Shown here: in pieces, positions 12,091 to 24,240 of the stretch
Layout of the letters: each line of letters opens with the position of its first letter
Numbering within the stretch: the stretch's first letter is position 1
Origin: Haliotis rufescens
Lineage: Eukaryota
Direction: 5' to 3'
Length of the DNA stretch: 64,000 bases
Assembly: GCF_023055435.1 (NCBI RefSeq)
Contig: NW_025964361.1
Location: 31,558,001 to 31,622,000, forward strand
The notes under the pieces: model-generated
What the model was told of the DNA's origin: nothing
What the model saw: the letters and a program-made list of their open reading frames with translations, nothing else
Databases searched by the model: none
Translations under genes and position numbers: made by a program

Positions 12091-13549
12091 TATGTGTCTG
12101 ATGATGTACAGTGTCATTGTATGTTGCCGGAAGTGATGATCTTTAAAATTATAACTCGTTTTTGAAAAATGAAGCGTCAGCTTTTTACGCCATATGCAAC
12201 ATTAGTACAGCTCTATCATGGCGGCGTGTTGATACTGGGCCAAATAAAAAAGTTGTTCATGGCATGAACAACGAACAGTCTGAAAATACCTTTTTACCAC
12301 ACGCTAAAAATCTGTCTGCACTTAATCAAGCAAAACAAGGTCTTCTCTAGCAAGAGGATGTCACTCGAAATGTTTCCTGTTTTTTGGAACAAATAACACT
12401 TTACACGAATGATATTCTCAGGTCAAATTACATTCTCTCATAACTTGTACTAGAACAAGATACATGATACGGTAGCAGTTGTTTAGCTATGACATATGAA
12501 GTTTGATGTTTTAAATTCATCATGGTAAAACAATTTACAAAATGTCATGATAGTTCTATGTCTGTATTTTCTGAATGCCAACGTTGGACGCAGGAAAATA
12601 GTTTTGTGCATCATTGCCTTCAACAACTCATGATCAGTTACTGAAAAACAATCTTTACAAAAATACTTCAAAAACATATGAAACAAATTAAGTTGATCCA
12701 CAAATTCATTTTTTTCTTCGTGCATTTCAAAGTATTATCTGTGATGTTTCAGCAATAGAACTGCGGCATTTGAGTTTAGGAAGAACTTGATAAAAAGATG
12801 GCAACGTTTTGCTTCAATTTTGAATCGTGGTTAATAGAAGTTTAGGTAAAAAGGAGATGAATGACGACAGTAATTCTCAATCACGTTCTGCTCTCAACTT
12901 GTTTGAGGGCTTTCTTTAGATCATGTCAGGCGGTCATTTTGTTCACACCAAATTCATTAAGGAACATAGCTAGAGTTGGCCAATCTAGGATTACGCTTCA
13001 TGACATGGTACTGGGAAGTAAGTCAAGTGATGTGTTTTTTATTGAAATGAAGGAAATTGTATTTTTCTTACACCAATAAATGCGAAGATAACTTTACTTT
13101 TATCAATTAGAGCACATTCATCGGATTCTAACTTTTAAAGATAAAAACAAGTATAAAAGATCCTCGGATAAAGATGAAAATATTTTATAGATGTTCTGAT
13201 TTTAATGGGACAACACATTTTATTTTGTGAAATAAATAGGCGCGTGTGCCACAATCTGAGTGCTTGAAACCTTCTTCAGTAAGTGTAGAAAGAGAGTGCT
13301 ACATGGATCATCTGAGCCGATTTGTGCAGACTTGTATATATCTATAGCATTCTCCTGCATATTACGTTATAACTCAATGGAACATCTACTCATCCACTGT
13401 ATACTTGTTTGAATACAAGTACTTGTTATAGCAGCATCTATTTTAAAGTTATAATACTATTTCATGTAATTGATATTCCAACACTGTCACGACACGGAAC
13501 AGAAAAGCACTTGCCACTTTGCAATTGAACCCAGGTCAATTGTTGGATT

Positions 13550-13960
13550 AAAATTGATATATTTGGCTCAACTGATCATGAGTACTATCTCGAACACATT
13601 CCTTGTCTGCAAGGGGTGGAAAGGTTAACCATATTTGCAAGATGCTGATGGTCACAACAAATAATAACAATTTCCTATATTGCGTTCTACATATGACACA
13701 TGTATATGTTTCATGTTGAAATAAATTAAATATTTCGACAAGCATTTGGATTTTATATAATACAGAGCCTACATTGGTCCCGGTATCTGTGACCAACACT
13801 AAAACATGACACATGGTCTGTTGTGTTTATTTTCAGGCCAATGATAGTCAAGTGTTTAAATGCAATGGAGAAATGTGCTGATTTGAAACAATATAGGACA
13901 AAGTTCTCCATTTGCCTTTTGTTTCAATGGTTTATGTAGCTGTACTTTTTGCCACGTATT
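13550..13960 (-). pseudogene. Decayed F-type lectin domain remnant
   Basis: YVAKSTAT*T..VLVTDTGTNVGSVL..ECVRDST. Confidence 0.25.
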
Positions 13961-14009
13961 TGTACTCATTTTATAGATGTAGTACATATTCATAACGTAA
14001 GAATTATTA

Positions 14010-14648
14010 TTATCCCGAGTATTTGTAAGCAGACATATGTCTCCGACTGATCAAATTGAAGAGGAGCTCGTTAATGTTTTCACATGTCTCCATGAAGTAC
14101 AACAACGACGAACCTAATCCCCCTGTATGTTTTAACGGTAACCAACATGGTTGCATGCTCTTAATTGTAATAAAGAAGTTGATTATCCATAAATCTTATC
14201 CTTACATGGTTGCATGTGTATTAGTGTTCTATAAACTACATATATAGAACCTCTTTCAACTCACACTAATATCTCCATTGTATGGGAACCAGATATAACA
14301 TATTAAATGTCAAACGAACTACAATTACAAAATGTTAAAAAGCTGTTTTGCTGAGAAAAAATTGATTTACATTCACTTTCTAGCACAAATTGTGTCCTGA
14401 ACAATGACTCGTTTAAGTCATAATGGAATACTTCGATATTATCAGAAAATCAGTAATGGCCAAATCTTCAGTCAAGTCAAAGATGAAGCGACCTATGCGT
14501 TGTGGAGACCATATGACGTGAGCAAACAAAGTGAAACAAGGCCTTGGAACAATGTTGACTGCTGCTGACTGTTGCTGACCTCTTGTTACAATTGATATTT
14601 GCTGTGTTTTCTGAGATAAATTGCTGTTACCACAGAGCACGACCAGGA
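14010..14648 (-). pseudogene. Decayed F-type lectin domain exon
   Basis: Acceptor ttgcatag; NLSQKTQQIS..SAAVN..CFTLFAH..FIFDLTEDLAITDFLII..GIRFVVV..ETYVC in FTLD motif order, with internal stops. Confidence 0.55.
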
Positions 14649-14884
14649 CTATGCAATTCCCATGGTATTTACATATTGATTTGTAAAATACAATTTCCTG
14701 GGAGACCTACTTCAAATATTTATCTACATTCTTCCTGCTATGTAATTTTGTAACAGTCCCCTTTTTGCATCTATAGTAGTTTTTTTTGTAGATTATGCTG
14801 CCTACAGAATAATAAAGAGAAATTTAAAATATTCGGCACTATTCCAAAGCACGTTTATATCAGGTTATTCAAACATCACTTTAC

Positions 14885-15475
14885 CTATCTGATCCATCAA
14901 AATGTATGATTGAGATACATCTACCAATACATAATTACCCCAGTTACACAAAAAAACAAAGTAACAAAACACTAGGTATAACTAGACCTACACACACACA
15001 AGTCAGCAGATCTTGGAGCCCTGAGTTTTCTTTTACGATGGGAAGGCAACCTTGTGGCAATGTTGGAAAATGTGAGATCACTGCGACAGTGTGAACCCCC
15101 ATCCAAATTAGATCAGCACGCTACGGCAGATGCGTCAGGGTGTATGTTGCTCAAAGGAAGCTGATCGTCACTTAAAGTCGTAACTTAGACATATCCTTGA
15201 CAGTTTAATTCAATAAATCAGTGAGCTTTCCATTTTTGCTAACAGTAGACGTGTTGATGGCACGCTCGTCGTGTATGGGTAGGAAGAAGGCCAGATCTTG
15301 ACATTCTTTTCATTGATGCGATCTTTGGAATGTCCTTATCTTTGTGTGACATGTCATCTTTCATGAAACAGTGACAATTTGTTTTTTAACCCCTGATTAA
15401 GGTAGAATTGGGTCTTTGGATGTTTGGACCATATCAATGGGAGCCATTAATCACTTTAAGCCCACATATCTGTAT
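14885..15475 (-). pseudogene. Decayed F-type lectin exon, paralog set a copy 4
   Basis: Colinear with 1573-2134 over its full length, same acceptor (ttttatactgtcag) and donor positions. Confidence 0.5.
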
Positions 15476-15659
15476 CTGACAGTATAAAAGATCATCACAC
15501 ATTTTTAAGGAATGTTTAGTTCGATCCATGCTCTTTAATCTCACAATAACCATACTCGTCCGTTTCTTCTTGGCTTTTGACTGCGTATGAATAGTTTTAC
15601 TTCGTAAATATCATCCCGCCTGTTAAACAAACGTACCATGTGACAATGTTAGGATTGAG

Positions 15660-15955
15660 GGTGAGCTTATTATTTCCAAATTTAACACATCAGGACAAAA
15701 ATGATGTCCGATGCAATTCCTCATTTGAACATGTGCCATACAGTTTCCCTGTTTTCTCAAGTCAACAATTGACTCGCACTTACATGTGTTTGTGACGTAT
15801 GGCACTAGTGGGACAGGATACGCTCACCTGGTTTCATCATATTTGATAGTGATTCATAAAGACATACTCACGATATAGTCGGAATCGTACAATCGACTCA
15901 GCTTTCAGCAGATATTACTTTAGTTATCATTCTGGAAAGGGTTTTGTCGCTTTTG
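15660..15955 (+). mobile_element. Penelope-like element 3' module, type B
   Basis: ggcactagtgggacaggatacgctcacctggtttcatc..agtcggaatcgtacaatcgactc..ggaaagggttttgtcgctttt. Confidence 0.7.
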
Positions 15956-16089
15956 TTTAAGCTAACAGTTAAAGAGATTTAGAATATGGTTGGCCTGTCT
16001 TATCCTGACGGTTGATGAAAGCTGTAAATTGTTTAACTCCAATGTGTAACATCATTTCAATTACCTAAAATATCAATGAAACGCATTTG

Positions 16090-16375
16090 ACATGCATCTA
16101 TCTCTACATCCACTTGTTGACATTCACTACAATATTGAAAGTTCCCTTCTCTCTCCAGAAAACATTACAAAGTATGATAGAGTCCTACCAGGCTGTGTTA
16201 ATCCAATCGAGTGACATCCAGTCGTATCAAATACAATCCTAGGAACGTGTGAATCATTAATGGACGTATGCCTTATACATGTATTTTGAAGCATAACTTG
16301 GGGAGCTGTTTTTGGCATTTTTGTCCTTGGTGAAGGTAGACATTGTGACGGCTGGAAACGGAACTTGTTTCCTGT
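16090..16375 (-). pseudogene. Decayed F-type lectin domain N-terminal half
   Basis: PAVTMSTF..NAKN..NTCIRHTSINDSHVPRIVFD, resembling C.HT..ND..PW..VD. Confidence 0.45.
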
Positions 16376-16592
16376 TTTTTCCCTTTCAGTTTTCAGTTAT
16401 TCAGTTATCTTTACAATGACTGGCAGTGTGCTGACCTTTATCTTATTGATCACCAAGTCAGTGTATTATTATTCTACCCCAGACACTCTCACAAGTCAGT
16501 GGCATGAAATAACGTCCATCATATATTGTTGTTTTATTAATATTTATCCGAAAAAATCTGCTAACTGGCGAACCCAATTGACATTGATATAT

Positions 16593-17650
16593 GGTGAGGT
16601 GAGGTGATCTTGGGTTTAATGTCGCGTCCAAGATTATTACACTTATACAGCGACGTGCATGCACGTGTGTGTTTGGCTGCTTGTACTGGTCCGGACTGAT
16701 GCCGATTTATAGTGCTAGATCACTGAGATACCATGCCGCAGTTTAACATGAATACCCCACTCAGACACGGTATATATATGTGTGTTTGTTTGTGTGTTTA
16801 TTCATTCATGTGTGGGAGGCCATAGGCCCATGTACATTTCAGTTACATATAGTAACACACAATTGAGGCAATTTACATTGAAAACAATACTTAGGGTACA
16901 ATATTAGGTCTTTGAACTTAATAATAGAGCTTCCTTCACATACTTAGCTACATTTATTAGTATACAGTCATTTTGGCTATTTAAGAGATTTCTTAAAGTA
17001 TTAATACATGGATTGTTATAGAGTCTTACAGGAATATACTTTTGTCTTAATGATGCGTAAAACGGTCAGACAAACACAAAATGGACTTCGTCCTCAATAC
17101 AACCATTGTTACATAGCCGACAAAAGCGTTGTGATTAAACAATATCCTCTCTTCTACCCAGATTACTCCGTATAGGCAATTCACATAATCTCAACAGGCA
17201 CAGCATACGTCTTTGGTCTCTATTTCTGAAAGTTGTAACATAATATTCCATATCCAATAATATCTTGAAGTGTGAATAATACCTTAATTTACAAGACTCA
17301 TAAATTTTCATCTGTATACTCTGTTCGTTACAATCCAACAAACGCTGTCTAAACAGCTGCAAGAAACACTTAACATCACCAATATTCTGTACGTGCCACA
17401 CATAACCAAATCCATAAATGTCGAGTAAATATTTAACATGAGTTGCCCAAGTAATTCTACCACATTCATCCAGCTTCTTCATCAACAAATATACACAGTA
17501 TTCTGACTCCGAGCCGACCAGTCCTTGTTTTTAGACCCTTAATGCCGAGCGCCAGACAGGGTAACAACAAGTACCATTTTTTAATGTCATTTGGTATGAC
17601 GCGGTCGGGGATCGAACCCCGGACTTTCCGCACTCCGGGCGGACGCTCTA
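16593..17650 (-). mobile_element. SINE family 1 interrupted by a LINE fragment
   Basis: SINE 3' half 16593-16774 and 5' half 17492-17650 rejoin into the family consensus (cf. 21619-21981). Confidence 0.85.
16775..17491 (-). mobile_element. 5'-truncated non-LTR retrotransposon 3' end, RTE-X-like
   Basis: WATHVKYLLDIYGFGYVW..RLCELPIRSNLGR..RFCRLCNNGCIEDEVHFVFV*PFY (C-terminal zinc knuckle); simple-repeat tail; duplicated acac(g/a)gtat at the junctions. Confidence 0.8.
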
Positions 17651-17933
17651 TATGACGTCAATGATTGCGTCAACACGTCACAGCCTTCTGGACGTCATGT
17701 ATGTGAGAGTCCAACAGGCAACTACCGACTTTTTTCTGTTTACAATGTCAATAAATATTGCTTTGTCGGGTGGTATTGCGATACGAGTGGTTCTACCCTA
17801 AAAGCCGTTTCATAAGTAAATGGACATTGATTTCTGAACAAAACAAACTATATGTAGAGAGTTGGGACCGGATGAGGGTGGAGTGTCACCTAAAAGTCTA
17901 GACAAGTAACTTGAATAGATATAACAACACCTT

Positions 17934-18096
17934 NNNNNNNNNNNNNNNNNNNNNNNNNNNNNNNNNNNNNNNNNNNNNNNNNNNNNNNNNNNNNNNNNNN
18001 NNNNNNNNNNNNNNNNNNNNNNNNNNNNNNNNNNNNNNNNNNNNNNNNNNNNNNNNNNNNNNNNNNNNNNNNNNNNNNNNNNNNNNNNNNNNNNNN
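17934..18096. other. Assembly gap
   Basis: Run of N. Confidence 1.
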
Positions 18097-18292
18097 AAAT
18101 GCCGATTTATGGTGCTCGCCCACTCAGATACCATGCCGCAGTTTCCGAACCGACCAGTAATTGTTTTAGCCCCTTAATGCCAAGCGCCAGGCAGGGTAAC
18201 AATAAGTACCATCTTTTAACGTATTTTGGTATGACGCGGCCGGGAATAGAATCCACGACCTTTCGCTCTACCACAAGAACGCGGAGGCGGTT
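18097..18292 (-). mobile_element. SINE family 1, partial, abutting the gap
   Basis: gccgatttatggtgctcgcccactcagataccatgccgcag..ggtatgacgcggccggg..ggaggcggt. Confidence 0.8.
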
Positions 18293-18755
18293 CTCAATTA
18301 AACACGTTGTGGTTGTTGCAAAACTGTTGCTCAAAATACAGAGAACATCAAAGGCTAAGCGAATATTTACTTTTTGACACATCTGAAAATCATTTGACCT
18401 TACACTTGTAGTCAAATCTATTATAATTATCTGACGTTTATTTCACTAGAAACTTACTAAGATTACATCACAAGCTTTATCAACCGTTACTCGTGTTCAA
18501 GGTCATGGAGTTAACTGAGGTTCTGTCCTTTTGACATCATGAAAACGTGAAATCTAATTATTCCTTTCGATTCCAATTTACAAGAATGAACAACCATGAC
18601 ACCTAGTCTGTCGGACCTATTGATCCCATGCGTTTAGAGTGATTTCAACGTCAGCACGAACAAGGTTTTGGAAGCAAACAGCAATGGCTATTATCGGCTC
18701 TTTCCTCGGTGTCATGATCACGTGACTATATCGTTACTTTTTCAGTGGAATTTAA

Positions 18756-18885
18756 AACGTCAACGCCAGAGATTATCCAGTTCTCGATTATCCGCCGAAA
18801 CAGATTCCATTGGGCGTAAAAGGCAAACTAGCGGTGAATCGAATATGAAAGGATCCAGGCAGTGATGACACCAGGTATTTGAGAA
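18756..18885 (-). mobile_element. Penelope-like element 3' module, type A
   Basis: aacgtcaacgccagaga..gattatccgccgaaacagattccattgggcgtaaaaggc..cagtgatgacaccaggt. Confidence 0.65.
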
Positions 18886-19252
18886 TCAAGGTCTCAATTC
18901 TAAGGTAGTGTATGATCATGTATAAAATAACTTTTATCAGATATGAAACTTAATTTCAATCCAGCAAATGGCATATTCAATATTTTAAAAAAAATATTTT
19001 CACTGAGCAAATTTCGGCAATGTTTAAGTTAGTTGTTTTTGGGTTTTTTTTAAACCAGTTTGCCTAATATAAGAATGAATTTTCTTTTTTCAAAGCGCGC
19101 AACACTGACAGCGAAACAACGTTACATTGTATGCCGTTCATGATAAGATAATGCATGTCAGGTGGAAAAAGCCAGAATCAACATATTGGTACAATATGTG
19201 AATTCCATTCCATAAGGTTTTGGTTATGGTAAACCATCCTCTGGGTCCTCAA

Positions 19253-19309
<57 letters not shown>

Positions 19310-19350
19310 TGCGTGCGTGCGTGCGTGCGTGCGTGCGTACGTACGTGCGT
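19253..19350. repeat. (GT)n / (GCGT)n compound microsatellite
   Basis: Visible. Confidence 0.97.
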
Positions 19351-19442
19351 GGGAGCATGCGTATGTATACACACATATATACTTACACACACTTCCCATG
19401 CATATATACGTATTTCAATATAAATTGTCAATGCGAGAGATT

Positions 19443-19552
19443 AATAATCAGTCTAGATTATCCACCGAGACGGATTCCATTTGGACCAAAAGGGCAAAAT
19501 AGCTGTGAAGGGACCATTGACAATCAGTGATGACACCAGGTGTTCGCGAAAA
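19443..19552 (-). mobile_element. Penelope-like element 3' module, type A
   Basis: aataatcagtctagattatcc..cagtgatgacaccaggtgttcgcgaaaa. Confidence 0.65.
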
Positions 19553-19599
19553 AAAAATCAGTCACAGCCGCTATTTTGTTAATGTATGATGTCAAGCTG

Positions 19600-19960
19600 T
19601 TATGAACACTGACCCGTTTACACACGCCCTACGGTTACCTTCGCTCCAGGAACTAATTCCGTAATTTCTCACACGGGGAAATTGTCTGTGCAGTTAAACG
19701 AACCTTAGCCTGTCAGTGTTTAGTGTAGCTACTAATAACTGTGTACTCGGACAACTTCAATCGATATACATTGGTCAAAAAGACTTGATTCGGACATTAT
19801 TTGCAAAGCACCAATTGGTTAAATCGATCACGGAATGCAACGACCACCGTAAAACATGGCTGGAAGAATCTCCGACCACCGCTAAACTACTGGTACATGT
19901 ATGTCCCCGAAGGGTGATACATTAGGCCTGCTGACTCACTTCTGGGACAGACGCGGTGTT
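19600..19960 (+). pseudogene. Decayed F-type lectin domain remnant, paralog set d
   Basis: CAV..NNCV..KDL..QLVKSITECND..LLVHV; DNA similar to 29950-30200 and 42015-42240. Confidence 0.35.
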
Positions 19961-20376
19961 CCAAATGGATTTTTGTTGGGAAAAAAATCTGATCACTGTT
20001 AAATCTGTTTCTGTCCAAACAATGAAATATCGAAACTTAATTACCCAAGTCGGTAAATCAAACAATAGAAAGCCTTTAATCGAAAGTTTTCAGAAACTGA
20101 ACATGCTAAACATAATGTCAACCGTATTTCATGAAGAAAAAACACAATTTATACGATCTGACCTAGCTTCGTTAATTGGATACATATGGTTCTTTAGTTT
20201 TACCAAATATTGAAGAATGGTTTATATTCCTGGCAATTATATCTCAAAAAGCAATTAATATTTGTCTTATTTAAATATAATTGTATTATTGTCTATGTAT
20301 TCAATACATAAATATAAAACAAAAATACAATAAATATATAAACATAAAACATAAATACAATAAATACATAAATATA

Positions 20377-20552
20377 CAACGTCAACGTCAGAGAATAATC
20401 AGCCACGGTTATCAGCTGGAACAGATTCCATTGGTCGTAAAAGGCTAGTGAACATAATATGAATTACTCACAGAAAGTCAGTGATGACACCAGCTGTTCT
20501 CGAAAGAGGTAGGCATGTCCTGCTCTACCGGTACCACCCTCCACTCACACAC
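20377..20552 (-). mobile_element. Penelope-like element 3' module, type A
   Basis: caacgtcaacgtcagagaataatcag..gatgacaccag..ggtaggcatgtcctgctctaccggtaccaccc. Confidence 0.65.
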
Positions 20553-20834
20553 TTTGCATAACATAGTAAGTTGCCTAATATCGCACAGCAATGCCTGCGG
20601 CATGTCAACTAGCGGGTCTTGACAAGGCCATCCAGTGACACGACGGGGCGTTTACTGATTTTGTTGAAACTTTAACGATATGTTATTTTTTTAAATAACT
20701 TCTGATGCGCACATGTGAAGTTATTCTGCTTTTAACAAGAAAGTAGAAACACTTAATAAATATGTTCATCCTTGATAAACGTTACTGGACTTTAGTCCAC
20801 CAACAGAAACAGCGACCCAGCTCAAGTAAATATA

Positions 20835-21010
20835 AAACATCAACGCCAGAGAATAACCAGTCTCGATTATCGGTCCCCGGAGATTCTGCTGGATGTAAAA
20901 GGTGAAATAGTGATGAAAAGCATATGAATTATATGAATGGTTTACAAAAAATAAGTGATGACACCAGGTGGTCACGAAAAGGATAAGCATGTCCTGCTCT
21001 AAATGCAATA
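20835..21010 (-). mobile_element. Penelope-like element 3' module, type A
   Basis: catcaacgccagagaataaccagtctcgattatc..gtgatgacaccaggtg..gcatgtcctgctcta. Confidence 0.65.
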
Positions 21011-21618
21011 CCATGTTCGTAATAATTATAATGCATGCTAAACTAATACCAGATTAAAATTTCCCTAAGTTTGTGTTTAGTAAATGAATAAAAATCTATA
21101 ATGTGTCAAATTACTTGGAAAAATAATACGTCGTCAGTAAAACATGTTTTTAAAAAGTATTTCCACGTACACTGTTTTTCATTACATTACGGTAATACAG
21201 ACATGCTTCACCAGCCATGTCAGAAAACAGGTCATGTGTTCAGAAAACATATTATTTGATAATGATTCATGGTCATTTGATTATGAGATAGTCGGACCCG
21301 TATAATTACTTTATTTGCAGAGATTATGGAAAGGGTTTTGTCGATTTTGTTATGTATAAAATGATCGTTTAAAATACACCTAACGACAACAAAGATCACA
21401 ATGAACATAGAATATATTTGTGGAAATTCCAATCATTCATATTGAAATTACAAACATGTAATGTCAGAGAGCCTCCTATGTCATATGGAGATCGACCGTA
21501 TCCTGCAGAGATGAATTATTTTCGTCATTACAACAGTACGAAGATGTTTGTCATTTCTACCAGACAGACAACAACGAGCATGAGTCTTTTTTTCAACCTA
21601 TTATTCCTTCAAATAACA

Positions 21619-21981
21619 GACCGCCTCCGTGGTCTAGTGGTAGAGCGTCCGCCCGGAGAGCGGAAGGTCCGGGGTTCGATCCGCGGCCGCGTCAGACCAA
21701 AAACGGTAAAAGATGGTACTTGTTGTTATTTGTTACCCTGTCTGGCGCTCGGCATTCAAGGGGCTAAAACAAGGACTGGTCGGCTCGGAGTCAGTATACT
21801 GTGTCTGAATGGGGTATTCATGTTAAACTGTGGTATAGTATCTCAGTGGGCTAGCACTATAAATCGGCATCAGTCCGGACTAGTACAAGCAGCCACACAC
21901 ACACACACACACACACGTCGCTATATACGTGCAATAATCTTGGACGCGACGTTAGACCCCATTTCACCCAACCTCACCTGA
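21619..21981 (+). mobile_element. Full-length tRNA-derived SINE family 1
   Basis: A box tggtctagtgg, B box ggttcgatcc, internal (CA)n, perfect 13-bp TSD ccttcaaataaca 21606-21618 / 21982-21994. Confidence 0.95.
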
Positions 21982-22179
21982 CCTTCAAATAACAAAACAA
22001 ATGACAAACAAAACACTCCTGTCCAGGGCAACAATCTTCTATTACCAAATGAGTTATTTCAAGTAAAGACTTTGATCTAAATATAACACATTAAATATTA
22101 AACGTCATAATCAGTCTTGACAATCCTCCGAAACTGATTCCATTTGGCGTAAAGGGCAAAACAACTGTGACATTTATAA

Positions 22180-22345
22180 AAAAAACGTGACATTATCCTG
22201 CCCTTCACACTGAAACGTATTTGCTATGAAGACATTCGTGCAGATAACCTGTCTCACTGAATAATACTTTGGCTCTCATGTATTCTCCCAGATCAACATG
22301 ACCTACTCCCTTCTCCTGACACACACCACAAGGCATCTGTCACAG
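22180..22345 (+). pseudogene. Decayed F-type lectin remnant, paralog set c
   Basis: KNVTLSCPSH*; DNA match to 4620-4800. Confidence 0.3.
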
Positions 22346-22419
22346 CATCGTAATTTAATATAAGAAACAGTGTTGACATTAGACTGTCAACCTCATATCT
22401 GTGTAAGCACTATTTTGCC

Positions 22420-22583
22420 TGTTATGCCCAATGGAATCTGTTTTGGCGGATGATCGAGACTGGCTATTCTCTTGCGTTGACGTTTTATATACCACCGAAA
22501 AAGTGACGCTATAGTCACGTGATCATGACACCGAGGGGAATGCCGACAATAACCATTACTGTTTATACTCTGGCGTTGACGTT
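22420..22583 (+). mobile_element. Penelope-like element 3' module type A with repeated terminus
   Basis: Inverted match to 18680-18820; terminal ctct(t/g)gcgttgacgtt occurs twice. Confidence 0.55.
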
Positions 22584-22919
22584 AGATATGTCAGACTCTT
22601 TAACTAAAACAATAGTCTGATTCAACACATGTACAAATATGACATTGTGCTACATAGTCTAGTGTATGCACTGGTTACAAATATATGTGGCGCTGTGAAT
22701 ATTTCATACGGAAACATGTTTTCTTGAATGAAACAAATTGTTTGCTGAAACAAATGACTGTGTATTTCTGAACAATTTAAAATCATACTTCTATAAAAAA
22801 AATTAAAAAGTAGCCATAACATTGGTACTATTCAGGGCATGAGCATATACATAATTATTTAGTTCTCACATGTACAGAATTGATTGCCCCAAGTAACTAT
22901 TGCGAAACAAGAAGAGTTT

Positions 22920-23075
22920 CCTCTCAGCTTTGGCCTGTAAAGCGCATCCATTACTACACACAATACTACGTTTCCGTGTTCACACTGTTGAAGACTGAAA
23001 AAACAGTGGAACACCTGTGCCACTTGTCTTTTGTGGCAGTTGCACCCGGGTGAGTACTGATATTCAGCATTCTAC
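22920..23075 (-). pseudogene. Decayed EGF-like (MEGF/SREC-type) repeat
   Basis: GCNCHK..FHCF..QQCEHG..CSNGC. Confidence 0.3.
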
Positions 23076-23097
23076 TTCTTGTCGGGAGAGACGACTA

Positions 23098-23198
23098 CAG
23101 TAAACCACGATTATAACGAACTCAAAGGGACCACTAATTTTAGTTCGTAATAATCGGTGTTCGTTTAATCCGTAGTTCGTTATAAACGTAGTTTACTG
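23098..23198. mobile_element. Tc1/mariner-type MITE
   Basis: TIRs cagtaaaccacgattataacgaact / agttcgttataaacgtagtttactg with TA on both sides. Confidence 0.85.
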
Positions 23199-24240
23199 TA
23201 TATTACTTAAGGTGTTGAGTATCGGCGACTTGGTGGATTGCGTGTCTCCGTGAACATTGAACTTCAACGATAGAGAATAACCAGTCTTGATTATACATCG
23301 AAACAGAATTCAATACGGCGTGTAAGGTACAACAGCGTGCAGCGTTGCCCATAATATTAACCTACACATGTCTGGTGTACTGTAACAGTTAGTGTTACCT
23401 CACTCTGGGTACAAGGACATGCAATCATGTCAGACATTGTGATTCCATTCCCCGATCCTCATTTTAGTCGGCTCTTGCCACATGTATGAAATGCGGGCAA
23501 CCTACTCCTTCACGAATACTCACCTGTTAGTATTTTGAGGATTAGCTTCGCATTTGATCATCAGATTAAAATACAACAAATTTAAACATGTCTGCATGAA
23601 AATCTCTACAAAATAGTTTTAACATATTGTCAGTAATAGCACTGATATGGCGTTGTATGTATTTACGTTCAGAAATATTAACATATCGAACGCTTCAACA
23701 GGTGTCCATTCCGCAACACTTTGTTACAAACTGTTCTCGAACTATATTTTATCCCAACATTGTTGACTCAAACGTACAGATCGATTTTCGATGGCTATGT
23801 GTCAAGTATCATTCCATGCACTTATTGCCCATTTACACTGAAAATAAATATTTTATTGATCCTTTCACAAAGAAAAGAAACCCCCGCTGACAAGTGACTG
23901 TAACATTCAAATTAAAAAGAGAGTAAAGATCAGATTATATCATAGATACAATGAGAATCCGCTTGCTTTCGGAGCAGGGGTTATTTAATGTAATATGAAC
24001 ATAGGTTATTCAGTATGTTTTTCTCACCAATATTGAATCGCATCACATCACATAACAAATCATTGCACGAGAAGGCTACGATTTTATGGTCTTTCAGCTT
24101 TAGGTTATAGCGATAGTTTCACATCTAAGTAGATATTGTGATGGCTATGGGGGGACATCTGTTCTGTCGATGGCGTGGGTGTTTCAAAGGTCGTTATGCT
24201 TTGTAGATAGCGATGTTAAATTATCCTTCCATCTGATACC

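Noticed and set aside
21619-21690. tRNA genes at SINE heads (also near 6000-6100, 53625, 53970 and 63850)
   Set aside because: Each continues into a multi-copy SINE body with tail and TSD.
21418-21981. 187-aa ORF and the similar ORFs at 63603-63951
   Set aside because: They run through a SINE and are not host genes.
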